From: Chthonomonas calidirosea
GTDB lineage: Bacteria; Armatimonadota; Fimbriimonadia; Fimbriimonadales; Fimbriimonadaceae
Reading direction: 5' to 3'
Assembly: GCA_945859975.1 (NCBI GenBank)
Contig: CAMAPH010000028.1
Location: 1-37,995, forward strand
DNA length: 37,995 bases
The notes beneath the pieces are model-generated. The model was not told the origin of the DNA, ran no database searches, and saw only the letters and a program-made list of their open reading frames with translations. This document shows, piece after piece, positions 9,538-21,535 of this stretch. Positions within the stretch are counted from its first letter, which is position 1; every line of letters starts with the position of its first letter. The translations under genes were made by a program, and so were the position numbers.

Positions 9538-10110
9538 ATGCAGCGAGTCGATCTCCCCATTTTCTATTGGGTGAATCGATGGCCCGAGGCCTGGGCGACC
9601 TTTTTTCGGTTTCTGAGCGAAGCAACGAACTACTCGGGGGTCAAGATTTTCCTGATCGGGTTGTTGCTTACCATGATGTTCCGTAGCCGGAACGCTCGTT
9701 TGGCGGCAATCCAGGCTTTGGTCGCGTTCCCAATCGCTAACGAAATCACCGACGTTTTGAAGCAACAACTTCCCGATCCAAGACCGTTTCAAGTCTTGCC
9801 CGACGTAATCATGCGGGTGGGTGGAACGGACAGCATGGGGACCGCCAGCGCTCACAGTGCGAATATGGCGGCGGTTGCCGTTGCGATGATGCTCAATCTG
9901 AAGTGGTGGGGCGCACCGTGGATCATCATCGCGGTTCTCACCGGAATCAGCCGCATCTATTGCGGCGCCCATTTCCCGGGACAGGTCCTTTGGGGATGGT
10001 GCGTGGGAATTGCGGTCGGATTTGCCGTACATTTCTTATGGCGCGCCATTGAAACGTGGCGGCGCCAGCGAAACGAGCCCGCGACAGCAGGAGCAAATCA
10101 TGCCGAATAA
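9538..10110 (+). CDS. PAP2-family membrane phosphatase
   Basis: KQQLPDPRP (C1), TASAHS (C2 variant), SRIYCGAHFPGQV (C3 variant), several TM helices; start ATG 9535 or 9538. Confidence 0.85.
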   Translation: MQRVDLPIFYWVNRWPEAWATFFRFLSEATNYSGVKIFLIGLLLTMMFRSRNARLAAIQALVAFPIANEITDVLKQQLPDPRPFQVLPDVIMRVGGTDSMGTASAHSANMAAVAVAMMLNLKWWGAPWIIIAVLTGISRIYCGAHFPGQVLWGWCVGIAVGFAVHFLWRAIETWRRQRNEPATAGANHAE

Positions 10111-10819
10111 GACCACCGCGCAACGAGCGCTCATTGTTGCTGCCATCGCCACGCTGGTATTGATGTCCTTTGGTCCGTTCCGACCGCTGCTCATCCCACT
10201 GCTGTACTTGAACACGCACATTCATGAGCTGGCTCATGCATTCGCAGCGCTTGGTACGGGCGGAGTGCCGGAGATGATTCAGGTGTTCCCAGATGGCTCC
10301 GGAACCACTCCGGTACGTGGCGGAAACATCCTCGTGATTGGAAGCGCGGGTTACGTTGGTGCGAGCATCTTTGGCGCGGCCCTGATTCTGTACAGCACCA
10401 CCGTCCAGCGAGCACAGCACGCACTGCTGGGAACAAGCTTTCTGCTCGTCATCTCGCTACTGGCTCTGGTGCGAGGAAATCCTGTTGGAATGGTGAGCGG
10501 AGTCATCATTGCGATCCTCTTCGCGGTTCTAGGAAATACCAAGAACGACCTTCCGATTTACGCGGCGCAATTCATCGGGGTGCAGCAGTGTCTGAACAGC
10601 ATCACCAGCGTTCTGACCGTTTTTAAGATGAGCGGCTGGACCGGTGGAACGTCGGACGCCACCATTCTTCAAGAAGTGACGGGACTGCCTGCCGCGGTTT
10701 GGGCGTTCTCTTGGGTCGCGATCAGCCTCGGCCTGATTGGCTGGTCGCTTCATCAATCTTTTGGTGCGGCTAAGGGGAAGTCTTCTTCGGCAAAGAAGAT
10801 TCCGAAGGCGTCCCGCTAG
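10100..10819 (+). CDS. M50B-like membrane metallopeptidase
   Basis: THIHELAHA (HExxH), GSGTT, SAGYVGASIFG, TSDATIL; AGGAG SD before ATG 10100. Confidence 0.85.
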   Translation: MPNKTTAQRALIVAAIATLVLMSFGPFRPLLIPLLYLNTHIHELAHAFAALGTGGVPEMIQVFPDGSGTTPVRGGNILVIGSAGYVGASIFGAALILYSTTVQRAQHALLGTSFLLVISLLALVRGNPVGMVSGVIIAILFAVLGNTKNDLPIYAAQFIGVQQCLNSITSVLTVFKMSGWTGGTSDATILQEVTGLPAAVWAFSWVAISLGLIGWSLHQSFGAAKGKSSSAKKIPKASR

Positions 10820-11363
10820 GGCGGATCACTTTAGTAGGATTCTCGATCTCAAAGTGCCCAAGACTCTCGATGGTTGTTCCTTCAACCGTCAGCCGGAACG
10901 AGTCGATGTTCTCAAACTGTCCCAAGTTCTTCGAAAGAGCCTCGATAAACTCCGATTCGGCCATGCTGCCGAAGCCGCTTTCGACGGCCGGGTTCATGCT
11001 CAGGGTAGCCACTCCGTGATCGATATCGATTCCTAGACACCGAATCTCCGTGAGTCCGAGCGCCTGAATGGTTTCGTTGGTGCTGTAGAGCGCGGGTCCT
11101 TTGGAGATCGGGATTTCCACTGCGGCCGAGAGTTCAAGCTTTTCGCCGTTCAGTTTCACAAACCGAACCTTTTGCATCTTTTCCGATACCGGAGCATCGG
11201 GCTTGTTGGATGTTTCCGTGTTCGATTGTCGGCGCATTGCATCGGGCACGCGTTGCGCTTGGGGCGTCTGCATCACGTACGTTGCCACGCCAGCCAGGCC
11301 AACGGCCGACAACAAGAATGCTGCGATTATCGCGCCTCTGTTTGCGCCTGAGTTACTTGCCAT
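10770..11363 (-). CDS. GerMN domain membrane-anchored protein
   Basis: N-terminal TM, GIDIDHGVATLSMN..GFGSMAE..AL..NLGQFENID..LTVEG..IESLGH pattern; downstream of amidase. Confidence 0.8.
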   Translation of the reverse strand: MASNSGANRGAIIAAFLLSAVGLAGVATYVMQTPQAQRVPDAMRRQSNTETSNKPDAPVSEKMQKVRFVKLNGEKLELSAAVEIPISKGPALYSTNETIQALGLTEIRCLGIDIDHGVATLSMNPAVESGFGSMAESEFIEALSKNLGQFENIDSFRLTVEGTTIESLGHFEIENPTKVIRPSGTPSESSLPKKTSP

Positions 11364-12930
11364 CGCCTAAATACACCTTGAGTCCCTTCACAACCGCTCC
11401 CGCAACTGACGCAGGGAAGTCCGCCTGCAACATTCGAGCACGGTCATTCGGATGATTGATGAATCCGAGTTCTAACAACACACCAGGCATTTTCGACATT
11501 CTCAAAACTGCAAAGCCACTGTTGTAAATCCGCTTATCACTCCATACGCCGATACTCGGAAGCCCGTTGATTTTAGCAAGCTGTTGCTGAAGACACCGGG
11601 CCAAAAGTTCCTTGACGGCGCTTGGTCCGTGGAAGAACGTGATCGATCCTGAAGTGGAAGCTTTCGCCGTGGAATTGATGTGCACGGAAATAAAGAAGTC
11701 CGCTTTGTTCCGATTCGCCACTTCGGCACGCTCAGTGAGTCCGATGAATACATCCGTTCTCCGAGTCATGATCACCGTCGCGCCGGCCGCTTTCAGCTGT
11801 TCCGCCAGCGCCAGCGAGACTTTAAGCGTTAACTCCTTTTCTCGGGCGATTCCGGATTTGGCACCACCATCTTTCCCGCCATGGCCAGGATCAACCACGA
11901 TCAGCTTGCCTGCGAGCTTCCCGTTTCCGATGGCCGGTTTGATGAGCTGGATGCTTACACCCGAAGCGTCGGTCCAGATTTCGTAGCCCATGGGCCGGTC
12001 GAGAATAAATCGGATCACCGAACTTGTGCCTTCTTTCGTAACCGCAACGTTGGTTACTCCGGAAGCTTTCGCCGCTTCTGGGTTTGAGATCGCGATGGCG
12101 ACGTTCGGCATAACGAGTTCGAAGACGTTTGGTTCGATCATCCGCAATTGCGGGGCGGATGTCAGGGGAACTATGGTTCGAAGCTGAATGATGCTCGACG
12201 TGGCATTGTCGGTCTGCACGACCAAATCAAGTGGAATGTCTCCCGATGGATCAACAGGCGGTTCTACGGGCGATATCTGCATTGGCTCGGTGCTCACGGG
12301 AGGTGGCGTTCCAACTGGGCTTTGCGATGTGTCTGCGATCGGAAGGGGGTTCGTCAAGGGAGCCGCGGGAAGACTGAATGAGTACTGCTCTGGCCCGTTC
12401 GGAATGTCCCACGAATATAGGCTTGAGATAATCCGCACGCCATCAGGTCCCTGTTGGAGCTTGATGCCCTTCGGCACCTGAGCTGGACTGGCGAGAATCT
12501 TTGCACCACGAATTTCAAGGATCTTGCCTGCATCCAGCGTTACGGAAGAAACCGGAAGGGCAAATTTAATCTGTCCGCCAGCGAACTTTCCGATGGCAAC
12601 TGCTTTGAGCACACGTCCGATTCGATCCCACTCGGTTTCACCACCAAATTCGGCCATGGCCTTGCGGAAGGGAATACTTTGGCTTCCGGCAAAGGTTCGG
12701 TGAGGGAAATCGACTTTTCGGCCAGCGACGGTGAGAGTGACCTTATCGCTGCGAAGCGTGGCATCCCAGCCGATAGAGGGAAGAAGTTCGATTGGGACAA
12801 AGCATTCGTCGCCAAGGCGGTACCCACGAAGCGGTTTTTCCGCGCCGATGTACTGAACCTCTGCGGGCTGCAATTGTGCTGCAGCCGTCGCCACCGCCAT
12901 CCCTAGCGTAAAGCAGACGAGTAGTCGCAT
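11353..12930 (-). CDS. N-acetylmuramoyl-L-alanine amidase (Amidase_3) with N-terminal accessory/AMIN-like domains
   Basis: Signal peptide; IVVDPGHGGKDGGA, REKELTL, MTRRTD, LTERAEVAN, FISVHINS, FAVLR, VLLELGFIN. Confidence 0.93.
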   Translation of the reverse strand: MRLLVCFTLGMAVATAAAQLQPAEVQYIGAEKPLRGYRLGDECFVPIELLPSIGWDATLRSDKVTLTVAGRKVDFPHRTFAGSQSIPFRKAMAEFGGETEWDRIGRVLKAVAIGKFAGGQIKFALPVSSVTLDAGKILEIRGAKILASPAQVPKGIKLQQGPDGVRIISSLYSWDIPNGPEQYSFSLPAAPLTNPLPIADTSQSPVGTPPPVSTEPMQISPVEPPVDPSGDIPLDLVVQTDNATSSIIQLRTIVPLTSAPQLRMIEPNVFELVMPNVAIAISNPEAAKASGVTNVAVTKEGTSSVIRFILDRPMGYEIWTDASGVSIQLIKPAIGNGKLAGKLIVVDPGHGGKDGGAKSGIAREKELTLKVSLALAEQLKAAGATVIMTRRTDVFIGLTERAEVANRNKADFFISVHINSTAKASTSGSITFFHGPSAVKELLARCLQQQLAKINGLPSIGVWSDKRIYNSGFAVLRMSKMPGVLLELGFINHPNDRARMLQADFPASVAGAVVKGLKVYLGDGK

Positions 12931-12944
12931 ATCCCTGCGTTTTA

Positions 12945-12981
12945 ATTATACGGCGACAAACGGAAAAAACCAAGCTATAAT
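12945..12981. promoter_or_regulatory. Divergent sigma70 -10 boxes for amidase (minus) and tRNA-Val (plus)
   Basis: TATAAT on minus strand at 12950-12945 and TATAAT on plus strand at 12976-12981. Confidence 0.6.
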
Positions 12982-12993
12982 TTCTTTCCACCG

Positions 12994-13069
12994 GGGCGGT
13001 TAGCTCAGTTGGTAGAGCGTCTCGCTTACACCGAGAATGTCGGGGGTTCGAGCCCCTCACCGCCCACCA
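12994..13069 (+). tRNA. tRNA-Val(TAC)
   Basis: 76-nt cloverleaf: acceptor GGGCGGT/ACCGCCC, D-arm GCTC/GAGC, anticodon arm TCTCG-CTTACAC-CGAGA (TAC at 13027-13029), TTCGAGC loop, encoded CCA. Confidence 0.98.
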
Positions 13070-13103
13070 CCCCGAAACAGGTCCATAGTGTGTCGATTCC
13101 GCG

Positions 13104-13982
13104 ATGAAGCCAGGTCGAAAGAATAATCTGACGGGCTACTTGTTTATCGCACCTTGGCTGATCGGGTTCTTCGTTTTCACCTTTGTACCGTTCCTTCAAA
13201 GCATCTACTTGTCGTTCACCCGATACAACATCATCACTCCACCGAAGTGGGTTGGGTTTGCGAACTATCAGATGCTTCTCACGCAGGATGAGCTGTTCTG
13301 GAAATCTGCTTTCGTCACAGTCAAGTTCGCCCTGATTCACGTACCACTGGCAGTTGTGGTCGGAGTCTGTCTTGCTCTGCTGTTGAACCGAGAAGTAAAG
13401 GGGATCGCGGCGTATCGCACGATTTTCTTCCTTCCGTCCATCGTGCCAACCGTAGCCACGTCGGTGGTCTTTCTTTGGATTCTTAACCCAACCACCGGAC
13501 TGATCAACAATTTGCTCCGGAATTTTGGGGTTCAAGGACCGGCCTGGTTGAATGATCCGTTCTGGGCGTTTTGGGCTCTTGTGATCATGAGCCTTTGGGG
13601 CGTGGGCGGTTCAATGGTCATCTATCTCGCCGGACTCAAGGACATTCCGATTCATCTTTACGAAGCCGCGATCATTGATGGTGCGAGTCCCGCAAAGCGG
13701 TTGCGCCACGTGACGTTGCCGATGCTCTCACCGGTCATCTTCTTCAACCTGGTGATGGGCGTTATTGGAGCGTTCCAGTACTTCACGCAGGCGTTCGTCA
13801 TGACGCCGAACGGCGGGCCTCAAGACAGCACACTTTTCTATTCGCTGTATCTGTTCAACCGAGCTTGGAAGTACTACGACATGGGCTACGCAAGCGCGAT
13901 GGCTTGGATTCTGTTTCTGATCGTGGTGACCCTCACGGCAATTGTTTTCCGATCTCAAAAGAAGTGGGTGCACTATGGTTAA
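13104..13982 (+). CDS. Carbohydrate ABC transporter permease (CUT1, MalF/UgpA-like)
   Basis: YLFIAPWLIGF, VGFANY, RTIFFLP, YLAGLKDIP..LYEAAIIDGA (EAA loop), DMGYASAMAW. Confidence 0.95.
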   Translation: MKPGRKNNLTGYLFIAPWLIGFFVFTFVPFLQSIYLSFTRYNIITPPKWVGFANYQMLLTQDELFWKSAFVTVKFALIHVPLAVVVGVCLALLLNREVKGIAAYRTIFFLPSIVPTVATSVVFLWILNPTTGLINNLLRNFGVQGPAWLNDPFWAFWALVIMSLWGVGGSMVIYLAGLKDIPIHLYEAAIIDGASPAKRLRHVTLPMLSPVIFFNLVMGVIGAFQYFTQAFVMTPNGGPQDSTLFYSLYLFNRAWKYYDMGYASAMAWILFLIVVTLTAIVFRSQKKWVHYG

Positions 13983-15318
13983 GAACCTGAAGTGGGTGGC
14001 ATTCCTGCTCCTGGCGCTTGGCTTTGGTGCGTTCGTCTTTAGCCAAAAGCCGCCCAGCCAACGAAAGTATCCAGACCGGATCGAAGTGCGGTTCTGGCAC
14101 CGATGGGGTGGCGAATGGGCGAAAGTTGTTGCCGACATCGCCGAGCGCTATAACCAGTCGCAGACAAAATACGAGGTTGTGCCCTTGTCGATTCCTGGCT
14201 CGGGCGCCGATTCGAAGCTGACCCTCGGCATCATTGGCGGTAATCCGCCCGATGTGATGTCGATGTGGAACGGAGCGATTCCGTCGCTTGCTTCAAATGG
14301 ACTGCTTACTCCGCTTGAAGAGGTAATGCCACCGGAAGACCAAGCTCGTTTCATGAATGACAGTTATCCGGTCATTCGCGACTCGGGTCGGTTTGATGGG
14401 AAAACCTACGGCGTCACCATCGGAAGCGACCTCTATGCTCTTTACGTCAACGAAGAACATTTGAAAGAGCTCGGCTTGAACGTCGAGGACTTCCCGAAGA
14501 CGCTTGAGGGGGTCTGTGAACTCGGGAATCGGTTGAACAAAACGGATGCTAACGGGAACCTGACCAGACTTGGGTTCCTGCTCAACAGCTTTTCTTTCGT
14601 TGCCTACAACTTCGGGCCCGGCTTTTACGATCCGGCGTCTGACTCCCTGACCTTGAATTCGGCTGAAAACCTGCGGGCGCTTGAGTTCATCACGGAAGAA
14701 CGCCGGAAGATCGGCTTCGAACGCGTCACGCGTTTCCAGGCTGGGCTAAACACCGGTTCCGATACGGGGGGCTGGCCCTTTATCACCGGCGACCTTTCGA
14801 TCACGATCGATGGTCAATGGCGGGTTGAAGAGATTCGAAAGTACCGACCGGACATGAAGTATCGGGTGATTCCCATCCCTCCTCCGGCGAAAAACGGGCG
14901 AGCGAAGGGCGGCACCATTTCTGGGAATTTCATGGTCATTCCAACTTCCGCGAAGCAGAAGAAAGGCGCTTGGGATTTCATTCGATTTTGGTCAGGTTTC
15001 GCGGATAAGGAAGCGTCTGCCCGGTGCTTCAACGATGGAGGCTGGCTGCCGCTCTTTCCGGATCTTGTGGAAACCAAGACATTCCAGGCATGGTTGAAGC
15101 AGGGGCCAGAGTTTCAGGGCTTCATCGATATTCTGTCGAGCGAAAATTGCTTGCCGATGCCGCCGGTTCCATACTTGCAATTCTTGAACGACCAGATTGG
15201 AAGGGCGGAAGATCAAGCGGTGCGCGGGACTCTCTCGCCAAAAGCCGCGCTCGAAAAACTGCGCTACACGGTCGCAGAAGAACAGCGTAAGCGAAAGTCG
15301 CTTGGATACGAGGAGTAA
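13975..15318 (+). CDS. Carbohydrate ABC transporter substrate-binding protein
   Basis: N-terminal hydrophobic anchor, FWHRWGG, GGNPPDV, LTPLE, LYVNEEHL, IDGQW, AWDFIRF; ATG 13975 overlaps upstream stop. Confidence 0.9.
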   Translation: MVKNLKWVAFLLLALGFGAFVFSQKPPSQRKYPDRIEVRFWHRWGGEWAKVVADIAERYNQSQTKYEVVPLSIPGSGADSKLTLGIIGGNPPDVMSMWNGAIPSLASNGLLTPLEEVMPPEDQARFMNDSYPVIRDSGRFDGKTYGVTIGSDLYALYVNEEHLKELGLNVEDFPKTLEGVCELGNRLNKTDANGNLTRLGFLLNSFSFVAYNFGPGFYDPASDSLTLNSAENLRALEFITEERRKIGFERVTRFQAGLNTGSDTGGWPFITGDLSITIDGQWRVEEIRKYRPDMKYRVIPIPPPAKNGRAKGGTISGNFMVIPTSAKQKKGAWDFIRFWSGFADKEASARCFNDGGWLPLFPDLVETKTFQAWLKQGPEFQGFIDILSSENCLPMPPVPYLQFLNDQIGRAEDQAVRGTLSPKAALEKLRYTVAEEQRKRKSLGYEE

Positions 15319-15321
15319 TCA

Positions 15322-16164
15322 ATGGAAAAAGGCAACCGACTCCTGATCCATATCGTTCTGATCTGCCTCTCCATTCCGGCAATTCTGCCGCTGATCTGGA
15401 TGATTTCGACCTCGTTCAAAGCGGAGACTCAGATTTACACCAACACGGGGATGCAAAGCTTTCAGATCAGCAGTCTGTGGCCAAGCCCGATGCATCCGCA
15501 AAACTATTCGGAGGCGCTCCAAACCGTGCCGTTTGGGATCTACCTTCGAAACACGCTTATTCTCTGCCTTCTGACGGTTCTTGGAGCGGTGGGCTCAAGT
15601 TCGGTCGTCGCCTACGGATTTGCGAGAATTGACTTCAAGGGTAAAGAAATGTGGTTCGCCTTGATGGTAGCCACCATGGCCCTGCCCGGACAGGTCACGA
15701 TGATTCCGGTCTTTACGATCTTCCGAAACTTGGGATGGTACGGAACCCCGCTGCCGCTGATTGTGCCCGCTTTCACTGGTTCTGCGTTCTTCATTTTCTT
15801 GCTGACCCAGTTCTTCCGAACGCTTCCGGCGGAGATGGCAGAGGCCGCACGGGTGGATGGCTCTTCCGAGTGGCGAATCTTCACCCAACTCGTTTTGCCG
15901 TTGTCCAAGCCCGCCTTGGCGACTTGCGCGCTGTTCCAGTTTCTCGGAACCTGGAACGACTTCTTCGGGCCTTTGCTGTATCTGAACGATCCGAACAGCT
16001 ACACGCTGGCATACGGACTTCAGCAGTTCTTAAGCCTGCACGGCGGAAAGTGGGCTCAGCTGATGGCGGCAAGCACCATCTTCACGATCCCGATCATCGT
16101 ATTGTTCTTCTTCGCTCAGAAGACCTTTATCCAGGGAATCGCAACGACCGGCGGCAAGTCGTAA
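15322..16164 (+). CDS. Carbohydrate ABC transporter permease (MalG/UgpE-like)
   Basis: PLIWMISTSFK, AYGFARIDFKG, FFRTLP.EMAEAARVDG, WNDFFGPLLYL, QKTFIQGI. Confidence 0.95.
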   Translation: MEKGNRLLIHIVLICLSIPAILPLIWMISTSFKAETQIYTNTGMQSFQISSLWPSPMHPQNYSEALQTVPFGIYLRNTLILCLLTVLGAVGSSSVVAYGFARIDFKGKEMWFALMVATMALPGQVTMIPVFTIFRNLGWYGTPLPLIVPAFTGSAFFIFLLTQFFRTLPAEMAEAARVDGSSEWRIFTQLVLPLSKPALATCALFQFLGTWNDFFGPLLYLNDPNSYTLAYGLQQFLSLHGGKWAQLMAASTIFTIPIIVLFFFAQKTFIQGIATTGGKS

Positions 16165-16590
16165 TCACTCGCTCAGCGGGGGCGGGCTTTGTTGGGCTTG
16201 GACCTGCCGAACTTCTAGGCGCAGCTCTTTTTTGATGTCGCCATCTATGAAGACGGTGAAACTGTACGTGCCAAATTTCGAGAACGTGTAGTTGTCGAAG
16301 TTCACGATGATGTTCGCGATCGGTGGAAACTCCGGCGTGCCATCAATTCGGATTTCGCCGCCGATTCGTCCGCTTACAGGGCGACCGTCGGAGTCGGTGA
16401 CTTCAACGATCCACTCGCGGACGCGGCCGTAGTCGCCCCGGGACGCTTGGAAGACCAGCACCAAGCACATTTTCGGGTGCGTGATGGGCTCAGCGGTCGC
16501 CCCGAGCGTGCCAAAGATGCCAAGAATGCTCAGCTTCTCCTGCTGATCGATGAGCGCGTAATCTGAGAGAGCGGCTACGGAAACGTCCAC
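16165..16590 (-). CDS. DUF6941-family-like protein
   Basis: LSDYA..KLSILGIF at N-terminus and F...GTYSFTVFIDG near C-terminus; TATACT 6 nt before GTG. Confidence 0.7.
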   Translation of the reverse strand: MDVSVAALSDYALIDQQEKLSILGIFGTLGATAEPITHPKMCLVLVFQASRGDYGRVREWIVEVTDSDGRPVSGRIGGEIRIDGTPEFPPIANIIVNFDNYTFSKFGTYSFTVFIDGDIKKELRLEVRQVQAQQSPPPLSE

Positions 16591-16627
16591 CGTTGCAGTA
16601 TACGAACGGATGCGGCATCATAGGGCC

Positions 16628-17362
16628 ATGCTGGCGGCATTCTTAGGTCTAACGGTTGCGTTTGAAGGCCCCAAGATTGTGCCGGGTAAGCCGAGTCGAA
16701 CGGTGGTTCTGACCTATCACGACATCATTCCGAAGCGGACGAAGGCTTCGGTTTGGTTTGATTGCACGGTGGATGAGTTCCGACAGCAACTGGATTGGCT
16801 GTCCAAGCAAGGCGCGACGTTTGGCTCCGTTTCAAGTCTAAAGAGGTCGTTGACCGAAAAAGCAATTCCTCCGCCGACGGTCGTGATTACGTTTGCCGAC
16901 GGCTATCGGGGTTTTTACATGTATGCCCTGCCTGAGCTGCGTAAGCGCAAGATTCCGGTTGCGATGTTCGTCCACACGGACTACGTGGGCTCTGCAATCG
17001 GGCGGCCGAAGATGAGTTGGGATGAACTGCGAGAATGCCACAGCCAGGGGGTAACCGTCGCCTCTCAAACTGCCTCGCACCCCGCTGATTTGGCGAAGCT
17101 GACCGATCAGCAAGTGAAGTCGGAGTTCCTGAAATCGCAGATGCGCCTTCGGAGCGAATTGCCTTCGAAACTTCCGAGCTATTTGGCGTACCCGAACGGC
17201 AAGTACGACCAGCGCTCGGCTGCTTTCGCCGAGCAGGTTGGGTACGAAATGGCGTTCACGGAAGCGCAGCGACCAGCCGAACGGGCACCTTCGCTCTATC
17301 TCGTTCCGCGCTACGTACATACCAAGTATCGGGAAGCTTGGCGAGCTGTTTCGAGGAAGTAA
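16628..17362 (+). CDS. Polysaccharide deacetylase (CE4, IcaB/PgaB-like), secreted
   Basis: VLTYHDI, F..QLDWL, VITFADGY, MSWDELRE, SQTASHPADL, LAYPNG; start ATG 16628 (alt 16610). Confidence 0.88.
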   Translation: MLAAFLGLTVAFEGPKIVPGKPSRTVVLTYHDIIPKRTKASVWFDCTVDEFRQQLDWLSKQGATFGSVSSLKRSLTEKAIPPPTVVITFADGYRGFYMYALPELRKRKIPVAMFVHTDYVGSAIGRPKMSWDELRECHSQGVTVASQTASHPADLAKLTDQQVKSEFLKSQMRLRSELPSKLPSYLAYPNGKYDQRSAAFAEQVGYEMAFTEAQRPAERAPSLYLVPRYVHTKYREAWRAVSRK

Positions 17363-17365
17363 ACC

Positions 17366-19370
<2,005 letters not shown>

Positions 19371-19387
<17 letters not shown>

Positions 19388-20768
19388 CGTTCTTGAGCAG
19401 GAACGCTCCCGCGCCGAAGGTGACCGAGCAGAGAATGAAGACAGCCGAGTATCCGGCGCTCGTGTAGCGGACGACTTCTTCGCCCTTGTGCATGAGGGTT
19501 GTTGAGCCGAAAGAGGCGATGAGCGCGCCTGCGATGGGGCTGGCGAAAGACTGCGGAAGGGTCATAGCGATGTGCCAAACCGCCATGTCTTTTCCGGCGT
19601 GAGCTTTGTTCGGGAGAACGTCGGTGCCGAGGGCGTAGTCGACGCTGCCGTAGGCTCCGTAGAAGAAGCCGAAGAACGAGCCGACCACCATCGCCTGGGT
19701 CATGTTTTGGCAGAAGATGAAGAAGATCGCGACGACGGCGATTCCGGCGTTGGCTACGTACACGACGCGCTTTCGGCCGATCTTATCGCTAAGCTGTCCG
19801 CCGTAGATTCCGCTGAAGCTGGCGAAGATGAGGATGAGGCCGATGAGGATCGAGGACTCGGTACCCACCTTATCTCGATCGACGCCAATGACATCGACCA
19901 AGTAGTAATTCAAGAACGGCAGGACCGCATAGAACCCAAGCATTACGAGGGCTCGGGTGATCCAGACCCAGGCGAAATCGGGGTAGTCCTTTGGGCTGAT
20001 CCAGAGGCTCTTGAGATAGCTGGGCCAGTGAATCTTGGGTGGACGGATCGGGAGCGGAGTCTCCTTCATCCCGACTAAGGTGATGCTGCCGACGCCAAGC
20101 AGCGCCGCGATGATCGCGGTGTACTGGATGCCTGCCGAGACCTGCTCCATGAACATGCCGACGATGACGGCTCCGGCCAGGGTGCCGAGTTGCGAGAGCA
20201 GGCCCATCCAGCCGCTGGCAGCTCCGCGCTGGTTTTCGGGGACGAGGTCTGGAATCACGCCCATGTAGGCGGTGCTGGTGACGTTATTCCCGAACTGTAC
20301 GACCATGTAGGCCAGGGAGAACAGCAGAAGTGAAGGACTGGTGAAGAGAGAGGAGGGGAAGCTGGTCGCGGTGGCGGGCTTTCCGGCCATGAAGCTGAGC
20401 GCCATTCCGGCAAGACCGACGATGTTGATCGCGATTCCAATTGCCATGTATGGGCGTCGACGGCCCCATTTGGATGCGCATCGGTCGGTAAGCGCCGCGA
20501 AGAACAGCGGGACGATCAGGGCGACGATTGCGGAGACGCCGGACACGAGGCCGAGGGTTTCGGCTCGGTGTTTGGGATCGAGAATCGCGATCTGCGCCGG
20601 GAGCATGATGACCAGCAGGGCGCCCCAGTGGAAGGTGGAGGCGAACCAGTAGGCGGCGAGGATGAAGTGCTGCCACGGCTTGAGGACCTGTCCCTCGTAC
20701 GGCGAAGGTACGTGCGGAAGCTCGTTTGGGTCGACTTTAGGCGCGAGTTCTTCGGTGGGCGATGGCAT
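19371..20768 (-). CDS. MFS transporter (sugar/GPH-like)
   Basis: About 12 TM helices, TDRCASKWGRRRPY and SDKIGRKR motifs; start moved to ATG 20768 behind GGAGGA SD. Confidence 0.9.
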
Positions 20769-21507
20769 ATTCGTAGTCCTCCACGTCATCGATGTCGAAC
20801 GCAAGTTCGGGGGCAGATTTGTAGACGGCGGCGCCGGAGCAGCCGAGGATGGACTCGACCTTCCGAATCACGTCTTCTACGCCGACGCGCCGCAATGCAA
20901 ACTGTAGCAGGAATTTTGGCCCGAGTAAGCGGACCATTCCGAGGACGCTTTTGCGGTTGATGAAGACCGATTCTAGGTGGCTGATGGCTCTTTCGAACGG
21001 CTCGGCTTTAACCAAGAAAACTCCGCCAACCGTCCATTGGCCGTCGTTGAGCTTGACGTAGGTGTTGGTTGAGTTGGGGAAGACGACTTCGAACTCGGAG
21101 GAGTTGCAGACGGCGACGGCTAGGTCGGCGGTTTTGGGTGCGCGGTCTACGAACTCGTTGATGTGGCGGGCTTCGATGAAGGGGAGGTCGGTGGTTACCA
21201 GGAGTAGGCGATCCGTTAGGGGGCCGTTTTGGCGGAGGGCGCGGAGGCCGTTGAGGATGGTTCCGGGGCCGGTGGTGCCGCCGGGGACGAGGCGGAAGTC
21301 GGTTTCGCGGAGCTGATCGTGGACGCAGCCTTCGCCGGGGACGGCGATGCGGTTGGCTCGGCCTGATTCTAGGATAGCTTTGATGCCGGTTTGCAGCAGG
21401 GTCTCGCCGAATGGGGCGAGGAGGGTTTTGTGCGGGACCTGGGTTTGGTCCGCCAAGGGGCCCTTGAAGGCGCCGCCCGCTGGCAATATGACATCGAACT
21501 TCTCCAC
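20737..21507 (-). CDS. MobA-like NTP transferase (nucleotidyltransferase) domain protein
   Basis: VILPAGG..K.LL, LLVTTDLPFI, ELAFDIDDVEDY. Confidence 0.8.
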   Translation of the reverse strand: MEKFDVILPAGGAFKGPLADQTQVPHKTLLAPFGETLLQTGIKAILESGRANRIAVPGEGCVHDQLRETDFRLVPGGTTGPGTILNGLRALRQNGPLTDRLLLVTTDLPFIEARHINEFVDRAPKTADLAVAVCNSSEFEVVFPNSTNTYVKLNDGQWTVGGVFLVKAEPFERAISHLESVFINRKSVLGMVRLLGPKFLLQFALRRVGVEDVIRKVESILGCSGAAVYKSAPELAFDIDDVEDYEYAIAHRRTRA

Positions 21508-21535
21508 CGGTTCGAATTGTACGTTAGATGCGGGA

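Noticed and set aside
12994..13103. tRNA-Val as an integration site for a genomic island or prophage
   Set aside because: No integrase nearby and I saw no duplicated tRNA 3' end elsewhere in the window; downstream genes are an ordinary ABC operon
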